From: Planctomycetota bacterium
Lineage (GTDB): Bacteria; Planctomycetota; B15-G4; JADJEK01
Assembly: GCA_044225365.1 (NCBI GenBank)
Contig: JBGAIQ010000010.1
Span: forward strand, 64,001 to 128,000
Reading direction: 5' to 3'
DNA: 64,000 nucleotides
Made by a program: the position numbers and the translations under genes. Of this stretch, positions 1-10,056 are shown one piece after another. The notes below the pieces were generated by a model. The model had not been told where the DNA came from, ran no database searches, and saw only the letters and a list, made by a program, of their open reading frames with translations. Within the stretch, counting starts at the first letter, position 1. Each line of letters starts with the position of its first letter.

Positions 1-3000
1 GCCGCCCTTCCTGCGCGACGGATCGCGGAGCTGCGCGCCATGGACCCAGATCTCGCCATGCTTCTCGTCGAACCAATCCGCGATGAACGTGTGGTTGCGG
101 AAGCCGGGGTAGGGCGTGCTCGGCGTGAAGAAGGCGAGCTCGTCGATCGTGTCGCCGGCGGGCGACGGGTCGCCCTGCATGTTGCCGCCGAAGTGGATCT
201 CCTCGCCGAGCTTCATCGGCAATTCGCCCGTCGGGAACTTCAGGAGGCGGGAGACCTGCCGCGAATCGAGCATCTGATTCGCGAGTTCCTTCCAGCCCGA
301 GTCGGAGTCATCGGGGTCGATCGAGTACACCTGGTCGTAGAAATCGCCGGTGAACGTGCCGTGGATGCCGGCGTCGAGACCGACGTGGCAGCAGGTCCAG
401 CCCCAGCCCTCGACGTCCGGCTCGCAGTAACCGAAGTTGATCGTGTGCTCGTCGCGCGAGTTGTTCTTCGGGTCGACGAGCGTGACGAAGTCCCGGGGTC
501 CGGGGCGCCCCTGGTCGGGATCCGGGCCGCGAATCGTGCGGAAGATGGGCAGCACGCGCTCGCCGCCCGAGTGCTGCTTCACACCCGTGCCGAGCACTCC
601 GCGGAAGGCGAGGCAGCCACCGAATTGATTGAGCAACTGCTCGAACCCCGCGCCGCCGTTCTCGTCCTCGACGAGCTGGATCGACTTCAGGATCTCTTCC
701 TTGTCGTCCTTGTTCGCCTTGATGTTCTCGAAGTTGACCGCACGCGCGACGAGGTCGCCGCTCGGCGCCTCGCCGTCGATCTGCGTGAAGTTCGCGGTGA
801 GGTAGTGGCCGACGACTTCGCCGGCGCTCGAGAGTCGGATCGGGTTGTCACGCACGAAGCAACTGTTCGCCATCGTGTCGTAGCGCAGCCACTCGGTGCC
901 GCCCATTCCGCCGCCGTCCGGCGTGCCGGTGAATCCGAGGCCGACCTGGATCATCTCCGGTCGCGTGCCGCCTTGGACGTTCTTGCCGCCGCCTCCGCCA
1001 CCCTTCCCGCCGCCCTTGCCGCCCCCGACCTCGGGAATCGCCCACGAGTTCGTTCCCGAGCCGAGCGACTTGCCGACGCGGAACGAGATCGGGATCACGA
1101 AGATCGGTTGCGAGTTGGAATGCTTGCTCGCGTTCTTTCCGAGCAGACCCTTCTCCCAGGCGAGGACGTGGTCATGCGCGATGCTCGCGATCTCGTTTCC
1201 ATCGGCTTCGGCGCCGCCGGCCTTACCGCCCGTGCCGGCGAGATTCGACTTGGGTTGCCAGTTGAAGCCGCCGATGAACCCCGCGCCTGCGCGTTTGCAC
1301 CCCGACAACACGCCGCCGTCGTAGCTCGCGTAGTAGATCATCTCGATGCGGCCGAGCATGCCGTGCTCGGTCTGCCGGAAGTTGTTCCAGGCGAAGACGA
1401 CCTCTTCCTTTTGGTTCTGGTTGCCGCCGCCGGGAGCGGGCGGAACGTCGATCTTCGCCGACTTGGTCGAAGGCGGAGGCGTGGGCGCTGAGACGATGAG
1501 CGCGAAGCCACCGTCCTTCTGGAAGCTCCCTTCCATTCCACCGCCGCTCGACGAACTTCCCGAACTGCTCGAACTGCTGGAACTGCTGATTTTGGCGAGG
1601 CCGGTGATCGGGATGTCGGTCGCGGTTGCGGAGAGGCCGGTGCCGATCTTGTAGAGCGTCCCGTCCTTGCGCTTGATCTTGATCTCGCTCTTCGCCTCCT
1701 TCGCCTGCGGATTCACCATCGCGACGACGAACTTGCCGAAGACGTCGCTCAGCGTCGAATCGCCGGTCGGCATCATCTTCGACGCGAGCAATGCCGCGTA
1801 GCCGTAGAGATCGACTTCCTGCGTCTCGGGATGAGTGAGCGCCTGGTTCTTGCTCTGCTGGCCCTGCTTCACCTGGGGCTGGGGCATGTCCGCGTGCGTG
1901 CCGCGGCGCGCGCGACCGCCGAACGGATCGACTTTCGAGAGGTTGACGAAGAGCTTGTGCTTCTTGTCGTCCTTACCCGTGTACTCGATGAGTTCATCGC
2001 CGATGCGCACGACGCCTTCCGACGGGAAGAGCCGCGCGTCCTCGACCTCGATCTCCTCGCTGTTGCCCTGGCCGTAGCCCTTGATCTTGTTGAAGGGTCC
2101 GCCGCTCTGCTGGATCGGGCCCATGTTCTTCTTCAGTCGAGTCGCGAAGGCATGGCGCCCGCGGGGCACGCCATCGACGAGCAGCACCAAGTCCGTCGGC
2201 TTCGTTCCGCGCGCGTAGAACGACAGGTGGTACCAGACGTCCTTCTCGAACTTGAGACCGTCGTCAAAACCGTAGCGGACTTCCGCCATCGTCGTCGGCC
2301 ACGTCGCGCTCGTTCCCGCCGATCCGGAGGTTCCGGAGTTGCCCTTCTTCTTCGGATCCTTGCCCCCGTCCTTCTGATCGTCGGACGACGCCGTCGCATA
2401 CTGCGGGACCGTGCTGTCCGCGACGCGGAACACGAGCTTCTCGCCGTCGAAGTACGCAAAGATGCGATTCGAGATCTCGCTCTCACCGCTGTCGAAGAGA
2501 TACGTCTCGCCCTTGCCCTCGCCCGGCTTCCACCAGAAGCTGAACTCGAACGGCTGCACGAACTCGCTCGCGCCGATCAGATTGATCAGGGGATCGGTGA
2601 CGCCGAGCGAGAACGGTCCGCGATCCGCGATCGTCCATCCATCGGGACTATCGATGCGGAGCTTCTTGTCGGGGTCGAGCCGCTTCGGCACCCACGGCTC
2701 GTCGAAGTGCTGCACCGGCGGTGCGCCATCGGCCATCGCGTCGCGATAGTTGTCCTCCGCCACCGAGGCGAGGCGGACGAACGGCGTGAAGCCCGCCGCG
2801 GCGAGCGTGACCTCGTCCTCCTTGGAGACGACGGGATAGCGCCCATAGCGCAGTTCCGAGGTCGCCGGCACGGGCGGTTCGTTCCGGTTGTCGAGGTCGG
2901 CGAGGTTGATCGGGAACGTCGTGTAATAGGGCGACGAGCGCGCAACGCGCGCGGCTTCGGTGAAATCGAGCTGCGAGGAGAGCACCGCCTGGCAAAGACC

Positions 3001-4518
3001 GCCGGGCGCGATCGATGCCACCTCGGTCGCCATCCGTTTCGTGGTCTCGCGGCCGGCCGCGAGGTTCTCGCTGACGGCGGCGTGGAGCGTGACGTTGCCG
3101 AGAGCGCGGTAGCAGAACGGCGCCGTGCTCGTTTCGAGCTGGGTGTCGAGCGCGTTGTGCGCGTTCATGAATACCGTGAGCGCGATCTCCGGCGTCACGA
3201 TCTTGTTGGTCTGCTCGTCCTTCGTCCACGAATCGAGCAATCGCGCGAGGCCGGGCTCGCCCTCGATGCCTTTCGGCGTCCGCGCTTTGATGAGGTGCGT
3301 CGCGATGAACTCGGCAGTGTCGGGATCGACCCGCGATGCCGAACCCTTCATCGAGATCCCGGTGAGGAGCGCGACGAGCATCGTCTTCGAGCAGGTGTTG
3401 ATGTTCACCGGTGCGCGCAGCAGCGGCGCGATGAGCAGCTCGTCGTTGCCGTAGTCGTAGCGCGGGGCTTCCTGGAATCGCAGCGCGAGTCGGCCCGGGC
3501 CGATCTCCTGCGCGTCGGTGATCAGGTTGTACTCGACGCGATCGCCCGCGCTGAGGCGAACGACGGTGCCGACGTTGAAATTGCGCCCGCCCGTCACCTC
3601 GACGGGTGCCGGGAAGAGAGTCGACGGATAGCTTCCGATCGCTCGCACCGGAGGACCGAATCGATCGGGGGCGGGGACGGTCGCGAAGGTCGTGAGATCC
3701 GATTCCGCACGATCGAGATCCGCGGAGCGATACCCCATCTCGCCGAACCGCGCGATGTCCTTGAGGGCGCGCACCGACGGGAACCCGGCGTAGGATGCAT
3801 CGACGTCCTTGCCTGCGATCGCCGTTCCACTCGACGACGGATCCTCCGGCGGTACGACCTTGTAGGGGTAGACCGTCGCGAGGATCACGCGATAGTCGAT
3901 GACGGGTCGATCGTTCCCGTGATCGCTCGCGGGCAGACTCTCGACGACCGACGTCGAGAACGCGCGCTTCAGTTCGGTGAGCGTGCGCGGTGTTTTCGAC
4001 TTGTAGAGGATGATCTCGCCGTCGATCCACACGAGGCCGCTGTCGGGCAGGCCTTCGGTACTGTTCACGTTGAGCGTCTTCGTCTCGCGCGCTTCGAGCC
4101 CGCCGAGCAGGCGCATCGGCGTGATCAGGTTGTTGAGCAGGATCGGCGAGATCGCGTTGATGTCGCCCTTGCCCTGCTCGTCCTCGACGCGAACCGAGGC
4201 GATGAGACCCTTGGGATCGCTTGCGTTCAGGTTGAAGCGCTCGAATTCCTTCCCGACCGCAACGGTCAATTCCTCGAGCGAGTCGAAGTGCGGAGACTCG
4301 TCGCGGCTGACGTGCGTGCGCTGCACCGCGTTCTCCGCTTCCGCCATCGTCGACTGCAGGCTTTGTGTCGACTTCGAATCCGCCACGTGCTGCGCTGCCG
4401 CGGTCTGACCGTTGCGCATCGAGAGTGCGAAGGGTGTCGCGATCGCGACGAGCGCCAGCAACACGATGAGAACTGCGACGATCGCGATGCCGCGTTCCAG
4501 TCGATTCGAGGACTTCAT
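1..4518 (-). CDS. Giant GspK/PilX-like minor (pseudo)pilin with LamG-like and repeated beta modules; >1506 aa, 3' end outside the window
   Basis: ATG at 4518 overlaps the upstream stop (ATGA). Hand translation gives MKSSNRLERG|IAIVAVLIVLLALVAIATPFALSM (class III signal lacking E5, typical of K/X pilins) and the GspK-like motif VEDEQGKGDINA. No in-frame stop was found in the stretches checked; + ORFs 40..1491 and 1831..4590 are its same-frame antisense shadows. Confidence 0.85.
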   Translation of the reverse strand, partial: MKSSNRLERGIAIVAVLIVLLALVAIATPFALSMRNGQTAAAQHVADSKSTQSLQSTMAEAENAVQRTHVSRDESPHFDSLEELTVAVGKEFERFNLNASDPKGLIASVRVEDEQGKGDINAISPILLNNLITPMRLLGGLEARETKTLNVNSTEGLPDSGLVWIDGEIILYKSKTPRTLTELKRAFSTSVVESLPASDHGNDRPVIDYRVILATVYPYKVVPPEDPSSSGTAIAGKDVDASYAGFPSVRALKDIARFGEMGYRSADLDRAESDLTTFATVPAPDRFGPPVRAIGSYPSTLFPAPVEVTGGRNFNVGTVVRLSAGDRVEYNLITDAQEIGPGRLALRFQEAPRYDYGNDELLIAPLLRAPVNINTCSKTMLVALLTGISMKGSASRVDPDTAEFIATHLIKARTPKGIEGEPGLARLLDSWTKDEQTNKIVTPEIALTVFMNAHNALDTQLETSTAPFCYRALGNVTLHAAVSENLAAGRETTKRMATEVASIAPGGLCQAVLSSQLDFTEAARVARSSPYYTTFPINLADLDNRNEPPVPATSELRYGRYPVVSKEDEVTLAAAGFTPFVRLASVAEDNYRDAMADGAPPVQHFDEPWVPKRLDPDKKLRIDSPDGWTIADRGPFSLGVTDPLINLIGASEFVQPFEFSFWWKPGEGKGETYLFDSGESEISNRIFAYFDGEKLVFRVADSTVPQYATASSDDQKDGGKDPKKKGNSGTSGSAGTSATWPTTMAEVRYGFDDGLKFEKDVWYHLSFYARGTKPTDLVLLVDGVPRGRHAFATRLKKNMGPIQQSGGPFNKIKGYGQGNSEEIEVEDARLFPSEGVVRIGDELIEYTGKDDKKHKLFVNLSKVDPFGGRARRGTHADMPQPQVKQGQQSKNQALTHPETQEVDLYGYAALLASKMMPTGDSTLSDVFGKFVVAMVNPQAKEAKSEIKIKRKDGTLYKIGTGLSATATDIPITGLAKISSSSSSSSSGSSSSGGGMEGSFQKDGGFALIVSAPTPPPSTKSAKIDVPPAPGGGNQNQKEEVVFAWNNFRQTEHGMLGRIEMIYYASYDGGVLSGCKRAGAGFIGGFNWQPKSNLAGTGGKAGGAEADGNEIASIAHDHVLAWEKGLLGKNASKHSNSQPIFVIPISFRVGKSLGSGTNSWAIPEVGGGKGGGKGGGGGGKNVQGGTRPEMIQVGLGFTGTPDGGGMGGTEWLRYDTMANSCFVRDNPIRLSSAGEVVGHYLTANFTQIDGEAPSGDLVARAVNFENIKANKDDKEEILKSIQLVEDENGGAGFEQLLNQFGGCLAFRGVLGTGVKQHSGGERVLPIFRTIRGPDPDQGRPGPRDFVTLVDPKNNSRDEHTINFGYCEPDVEGWGWTCCHVGLDAGIHGTFTGDFYDQVYSIDPDDSDSGWKELANQMLDSRQVSRLLKFPTGELPMKLGEEIHFGGNMQGDPSPAGDTIDELAFFTPSTPYPGFRNHTFIADWFDEKHGEIWVHGAQLRDPSRRKGG

Positions 4519-5543
4519 TCGATCTCTCCGAACAGACCGACGCGAACGTCGCGACGGCGCTGCTCTTCGTCGAACACCAGGGTCACTTGAACGGGTGCGC
4601 TGTGGCGCAGCGGATCGAGACGGCCGCTTGCGTCGAAGTAGATCGTGAGGGGCTTCTCGAAATGGACCCCGTCGCCGAGGGGCGGGGCATCGTTGACGAT
4701 CGACGTCGCGAGCCGCACTTCGTCGACGTCGCCGAGGAAGCGGGTGTCGGGCGAGCCGATCTCGAGAGGCGAATCGGGCTCCGGCCACAGATCGAGCCGA
4801 CTCTCGAAGTCCTTGCGGTCGCGCTCGATCCCGTCGACCGTGATGTAGAGCCGCTTGCCGTCGTAGGAGACGACGACGTGCGACCAACGCCCCGGCGTCA
4901 CGCAGCGCGCGAGCGCGAACGAACGCACCTCGCCCTCGCCCTTGCCGACGAGACCGCGATCGCGGCCGCGGACGTTGAACGTCAGGCCGAAGTCGGCGGT
5001 GAGATGGAGCTGGAACGCGCGACCCTTCGACAGGATCGGCGCGTCCTGTGATTGAGTCGCGCGAACGTAGAGATCGAGCAGGAATCCCTGCGTCGCGTCG
5101 AACGACGGCGATCGCCCGAGCGTCACGAATCCGCGGCTGCCTTCGGGAAGGCGCAGAGCGCGACCGAACGCGCCGTCGTCGACGATCTCCGCGCCGCCCG
5201 TGAGATCCGCATCCGTCGGCCAGCCCGTCGACTTGTCGTCCTCGAAATGCCAGTTGCCGACGCTGGTGAATCCGCTCGCGACGATGCGCCCCGTCGCCGG
5301 ATCGACGTCGACGGTCGCCTGCGCCGATTGTTCGATCGCGAACGTCCGCGCGGCGCGGATCGCGTCCTTCACCTGGGAGACCGCGACCATCTTCCCCATC
5401 GCCATCTTCTTGAAGATGCCGGCACTGATCCCCATCAGCACCGCGACGATCGACAGCACGATCAGGAGTTCGATCAGCGTGAAGCCCGCGGCGCGCGGCG
5501 CCCCGGCGAATCGAAGCCTGTTTCGTGTCCGCGGTTCAGTCAT
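4515..5543 (-). CDS. Prepilin-type GspH/FimT-like minor pilin with inserted LamG/ConA-like domain
   Basis: G|FTLIELLIVL N-methylation motif; LamG-like WHFED...WSHVVVSYDG...VDG...GDVDEVR; C-terminal IYFDASGR. Start moved to MTEPR (5543). Confidence 0.85.
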   Translation of the reverse strand: MTEPRTRNRLRFAGAPRAAGFTLIELLIVLSIVAVLMGISAGIFKKMAMGKMVAVSQVKDAIRAARTFAIEQSAQATVDVDPATGRIVASGFTSVGNWHFEDDKSTGWPTDADLTGGAEIVDDGAFGRALRLPEGSRGFVTLGRSPSFDATQGFLLDLYVRATQSQDAPILSKGRAFQLHLTADFGLTFNVRGRDRGLVGKGEGEVRSFALARCVTPGRWSHVVVSYDGKRLYITVDGIERDRKDFESRLDLWPEPDSPLEIGSPDTRFLGDVDEVRLATSIVNDAPPLGDGVHFEKPLTIYFDASGRLDPLRHSAPVQVTLVFDEEQRRRDVRVGLFGEIE

Positions 5544-6156
5544 GGGTCGAGAACGACATGATGTCGTCGCCATTTCCGAAGATGCCATCCGGCCCGGCCG
5601 AGATCAGTTGGTAGCTCTGCGGGCTGTAAGGTCCGCCGGTGAGCGAGTTCTTCAGCGCCTTGACCTTCACGGTCTGCCGCTCCGACGTCGCCTGTTCGAC
5701 GAACTCGTATTCCTGCTCCGAGGCGTACGAGTCGTAGCGCATGTAGACGAACGGGTTCTTCCAGGCGTCGACGACTTCGAGCAGGACGGGATTGGGATGG
5801 ATCGAGATGTTCTTGTCGGCGGAGTCGTCGTCGAGGTTCATCAGGTCGTCCTCGGTCAGCCGCTCGCCGGAATAGTCCTTCGCGGAGAGCGCGAGAACCA
5901 TCGCCTCGATCCCTTCGAACAAAACGTTCGACGATCGCACTCCGAGCTTGGCGAGCGTCGAGGGCGGATAGTCACCCGTCTTCGTGCGGTACTGCTCGAG
6001 CAGGCCCTTCATGACTTCGATCGTCGCCTTCGTCTTGGCTTCGTCGCCCGCGCCCTTGCTGCGATTGAGAGCGACCGATCCGATCGTGAAGAGCAACGCC
6101 AGGATGGTGAGGACGACGAGCAGTTCGATCAGCGTGAAGCCGCGGCGGCGGGACAT
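5536..6156 (-). CDS. GspG-like major pseudopilin
   Basis: MSRRRG|FTLIELLVV, YRTKTGDYP, DAWKNPFVY and SAGPDGIFG motifs. Confidence 0.85.
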   Translation of the reverse strand: MSRRRGFTLIELLVVLTILALLFTIGSVALNRSKGAGDEAKTKATIEVMKGLLEQYRTKTGDYPPSTLAKLGVRSSNVLFEGIEAMVLALSAKDYSGERLTEDDLMNLDDDSADKNISIHPNPVLLEVVDAWKNPFVYMRYDSYASEQEYEFVEQATSERQTVKVKALKNSLTGGPYSPQSYQLISAGPDGIFGNGDDIMSFSTHD

Positions 6157-6267
6157 GGCGGAACCCTCTCAGCATCATCGTAACGAACGGCGTCGGGGCC
6201 TTACCCCGATCGGATTCTGCGGCGAATTCGGCGAAACGAGATTCGGCGAGCGAAGGCGCCCTCCGCC

Positions 6268-9249
6268 TCACGTTCCCTTGTAGCGGACCACGCGGACCGT
6301 GGTGACCTCGACGTCGACGTTTTCACGGGCCTTGCCCGCGGCGAACGTGCTGACCTTGAGATTCGACTTCACCTTGCGCAGGCCGGGAACGACGAACGAG
6401 GACTTGCGCGGTTCCTCCGCCGTCTTGCCGGGAAGATCGAGTGTCTTCTCGTCGATGCGCACGACGAAGGTCGCCTTCTCCCAGTCCGTGCGCTCGATCG
6501 TGAGCTTGTGGAACGCCGTGAAGTCGAAGTCGGCCGGCAGCTTGAGGGCCTCGGTCCAGTTCTGCGAAATCTGGCTGAAGTCCTGGTCGCGGAGGAAGAT
6601 GCGAACCGTCTTGTCGGGGAAGATGGCGACCGCGATCTCGGCGAACGGCTCGTCGACGCGATTGCCGCCCGATCCGGAATTCCCGCGGCCCTTCTCGAGG
6701 ACCACGCGGACGCCGTAGAAGCCGCCGTTCTGCGGCCCGGCGCGCATCTCCGATTCGTAGAGGATGTGCCGACCGCCTTCGGCCGGCCGCGCAATCTCCG
6801 AGAACGAATCCTCGCCCGGGCGCTGGGTGCCCTTGATCTGCACCACGCCTTTCTCGATCGCACAGGTCGGTCCCGCCGATTCGATGACGTTCCAGTCGTT
6901 CTTGATCTGGTCGCGCTCGAAGTCGTCGACCCACTGCTCCTTCATGCGATGATCGTCGATGCGCTTCTGGAGCGTCTCGGCGTACAGGTAGACCTCGCTC
7001 GCCGAACCCGGAGCGGGGGCCGCCTTCGGATCGGCCTTCGGATCGATCTGGGCGCCAGCGGGAGCATCGCTCTTGGCCGCGCCCTTCGCGGCCGCGAACT
7101 TGTCGAGCGCCTGCTCGACGTCGCCTTCGCGGTAGGCACAGAACGCGACGCCGCAGAGCGCGGTCGGATCGGAGTTCACCGCCGCCGCTTCGTATTCGCG
7201 CTTCGCCTCGGCGATGCGATTCTGCCGCACGAGCGACGCGGCGAGCAGCACCCGGATCGGGATCTGATCCGGTTCGCGCCGCAGGGACTCGGAGAAGTAC
7301 TTCTCGGCGTCCTCGAAGATGTCGGCCTGCAGCGCGACGTAGCCGAGTTCGTTCAGCACGTCGATCATGTCGCCGATCTCGAGCAGCGCCTTGGCGAGGC
7401 TCGCGGCGGCGATCTCGTGGTTCTCGTTGCGCCGCGCGAGTCGCCCCATGCGATAGGTACCGAACGGATTGTCCGGATGGAGCTGGAGGGCGTGCTCGAA
7501 GTAGGTCGACGCCCGTTCGAGGTTGCCGCCCAGTTCCATGAGGATCCCGCGCGCACACTCGGTGTCGAATCCGCGCAGCGGGTCGAGTTCGTCCGCTTCC
7601 GCGAAGCGAGCCATCGCGCCCTTCACGTCACCGGAGAGCCCGAGCAGCACACCGAGGTCGTACACCGCGTCGCGATTGCGGGGATCGATGTCGATCGCGC
7701 TCTTCAAGTCCGATTGGGCCTTGTCGCGCGCACCCTGGAGGAACTGGCAGACCCCGCGCAGGACCCAGGCGTCGGCCGTCGCCATGCCGCCCTTCACGAG
7801 CGGATCGATCGACTGGAACGCGCCCGCGATGTCGCCGCCGTAGAGCAGCGCCCGGGCGTAGTCGACGCGCAACTGCTGGCGCATCTCGGGAGAGACCTGG
7901 AGGCGGGACGCGTTGTCGAAGGCCTGCTGCGCGCCCGCGGCGTCGCCTTGCGCCAACTTCAACTGGCCGTATTCGCGGAGCGAGGAGGCGTCGAGCGAGT
8001 TCTGCTGGATCGCGCCCTCGAGCAGAGTCGAAGCGCTCTCGAGCAAACCGAGCTTGCGGAACAGGCGAGCCCTGCGCGCCTTGAGACGTGCGTCGTCGAC
8101 GCCCTTGTCCTTGGCCTCGTCGAGGACCTTGAATTCGCCTTCGGTGTCGTACGCCAGTTCGCGGATCTCGGCCTTGGCGACCCAGGCGTCGACGTTCCCG
8201 GCATCGATCGCGAGCGCGCGATCGATGAGTTCATTCGCGCCGGCGAGCGCGGCCTTGGCGTCCTCGTCGCGCCAGGAGAGGCAATCGCGAGCGGCCGCGA
8301 GGAAGCCGGTCGCGCTCGACTTCTCCTTCAATGCGGCGTACTTGCGCAAGAGCACGCGGTTCGCCGCGGTGTTCGCGAAGTCGAAGCCGAAGCGATGCTC
8401 TCCACCATTCGTGAGACGATCACGGGGAATCGAATTGCGCCCGAACGACTTGCCCGTGATCGGATCGACCTGCTCGAAGTCGATCGGGATCGTCGTGTCG
8501 TCGATCAACGCGGTGCGATCCTTGTTGAGGATCCGCCCGTACCAGCGCTTCTCGCCCTTGTACGAGATCCAGTCGAAGCGACGCGCCGCGGCCTGGTCGT
8601 CGACGACCGGCTTGCCGGTCTTGGGGTCATCCTTCGCGACGCTCAAGTCCTTCGGCGATGCCTGCGGGGCAGGCTTCGCGGGCGCGGGCGCCTGCGCGGC
8701 GGCCGTCGAGGTTGGCTGCGAGCCGGCCCCGCCATTGCCGGCGCCGTTCGGCACGCTCTCGGTGCCGCCGCCGGATCCACCACCCGACCCGGAAGTCGTG
8801 CCCTTCGGATCGCCGCCTTCGGCACCGGACGTGGAACCGGCCTCGCCGTCGATCGGGATGTCGGCGCCCGCGAGCTTGGCGAGAGCGTCGACCACGGCCG
8901 GCAGGATCGCCGGCTGGCGCTCGGATCGCGAATTCGCGGGGGCGGGACCCGGGAAGAGCAAGGGACCGACCGCCGGGATCGGCGGGAGCGGATGCAGCTC
9001 GAGCGCGAGCGGCTGAAGCGGATTCCAGTCGCGCGGCGGAACGAAGAAATCGCGATCCAGCGGATCGAATCGGCCCTCGTCGGCTCGCGGAATCTGCACG
9101 TCATTGACGGCGGGCGCGGCCGGGATCGCGAGCTTCTTGCTGCGGGGAACGATCACCGGCTTGTACGCGTTCGACCACCACGAAGCGACGAGCGCTCCGC
9201 AGACGACGAACACGCCGACGCACAGGCCTTGTTCGCGATTGAGGCTCAC
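6268..9249 (-). CDS. Membrane-anchored TPR-repeat protein, 993 aa
   Basis: N-terminal TM helix, Pro-rich and Gly/Ser linker, many TPR-like repeats (e.g. AIDIDPRNRDAVYDLG), beta-rich C-terminal domain; start overlaps the upstream stop. Confidence 0.85.
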   Translation of the reverse strand: MSLNREQGLCVGVFVVCGALVASWWSNAYKPVIVPRSKKLAIPAAPAVNDVQIPRADEGRFDPLDRDFFVPPRDWNPLQPLALELHPLPPIPAVGPLLFPGPAPANSRSERQPAILPAVVDALAKLAGADIPIDGEAGSTSGAEGGDPKGTTSGSGGGSGGGTESVPNGAGNGGAGSQPTSTAAAQAPAPAKPAPQASPKDLSVAKDDPKTGKPVVDDQAAARRFDWISYKGEKRWYGRILNKDRTALIDDTTIPIDFEQVDPITGKSFGRNSIPRDRLTNGGEHRFGFDFANTAANRVLLRKYAALKEKSSATGFLAAARDCLSWRDEDAKAALAGANELIDRALAIDAGNVDAWVAKAEIRELAYDTEGEFKVLDEAKDKGVDDARLKARRARLFRKLGLLESASTLLEGAIQQNSLDASSLREYGQLKLAQGDAAGAQQAFDNASRLQVSPEMRQQLRVDYARALLYGGDIAGAFQSIDPLVKGGMATADAWVLRGVCQFLQGARDKAQSDLKSAIDIDPRNRDAVYDLGVLLGLSGDVKGAMARFAEADELDPLRGFDTECARGILMELGGNLERASTYFEHALQLHPDNPFGTYRMGRLARRNENHEIAAASLAKALLEIGDMIDVLNELGYVALQADIFEDAEKYFSESLRREPDQIPIRVLLAASLVRQNRIAEAKREYEAAAVNSDPTALCGVAFCAYREGDVEQALDKFAAAKGAAKSDAPAGAQIDPKADPKAAPAPGSASEVYLYAETLQKRIDDHRMKEQWVDDFERDQIKNDWNVIESAGPTCAIEKGVVQIKGTQRPGEDSFSEIARPAEGGRHILYESEMRAGPQNGGFYGVRVVLEKGRGNSGSGGNRVDEPFAEIAVAIFPDKTVRIFLRDQDFSQISQNWTEALKLPADFDFTAFHKLTIERTDWEKATFVVRIDEKTLDLPGKTAEEPRKSSFVVPGLRKVKSNLKVSTFAAGKARENVDVEVTTVRVVRYKGT

Positions 9250-10019
9250 TTGCGGCTCTCCGTCAGTTGATTCTCGGGGTGGATCGCGAGGATCGCGGCG
9301 GTCAGGCGCAGAACGGTGAGGTTCTGACGACGGACGTCGGTCTCGATCTCCGCATCCTCGATCGCGAGGAACGAACTCTCGGCGCGCGTCAGGCGATCGA
9401 TCAGCGCCGCGATCGAAGCCGTCGATCCCGTGATCGTGAATTTCACCGCGAGCGCATCGAGGAACGCATTCGCCTTGCTCTTCGAACCGGACTTGAGGTC
9501 GCGGACCTCGATCTCGTCGACGCCGCGCACGTTGGCCTCGAGCGCCGCCGAGACGACTTGGTCGACGACGTCGAGCGCGCGCAACGATCGCTGGATCGCT
9601 TCGGTGCCGGACGGCGTGAACTCCGGCAGGCCGAGCGACGCCTTCACGTTGATATTGCGACGGCGCGCTTCACGAACGAGCTTGTCCTGCTCCTCGTCGC
9701 GCTTCTTGTTGTAGAAGAGGTCCGCGCTGTCGTTCGCCGGAACGACGAAATCAGGGCGCGTCTCGACCGACATCTTCTTGTAGAGATCGTCGAGTCGCGT
9801 ACTGAGTCGACTGCACTCCGCACCGAGGCTCGAGAGGTCACCGGTCGAGGGAGCTTCGAGCTTCAGGATGTCGCGACTGCGGCCCGCGATCCCGGCCTTC
9901 GCCGTCGCCACGCTCCAATTCGAATCGATGACGACGAGGCCGACCAGGAACACGAGGCCCCCGCCGGCGACGCCGAGAATGAATCGCTTGTGATTCTGCC
10001 AGAGGTCGTTCAGGTCCAC
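9246..10019 (-). CDS. PilO/GspM-like membrane protein
   Basis: GTG start after GAGGAG; single TM, coiled coil, C-terminal ferredoxin-like pattern (VKFTITGS...FLAIEDAEI); directly follows pilM-N. Confidence 0.6.
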   Translation of the reverse strand: MDLNDLWQNHKRFILGVAGGGLVFLVGLVVIDSNWSVATAKAGIAGRSRDILKLEAPSTGDLSSLGAECSRLSTRLDDLYKKMSVETRPDFVVPANDSADLFYNKKRDEEQDKLVREARRRNINVKASLGLPEFTPSGTEAIQRSLRALDVVDQVVSAALEANVRGVDEIEVRDLKSGSKSKANAFLDALAVKFTITGSTASIAALIDRLTRAESSFLAIEDAEIETDVRRQNLTVLRLTAAILAIHPENQLTESRK

Positions 10020-10056
10020 GCTCGTGCGCTCCTCGCTTCGGTCTCGACTCTGACGT

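Noticed and set aside
40-4590. + strand ORFs of 483 aa and 919 aa
   Set aside because: Same-frame antisense shadows of the giant GspK-like gene; Arg/Val-rich with no motifs.
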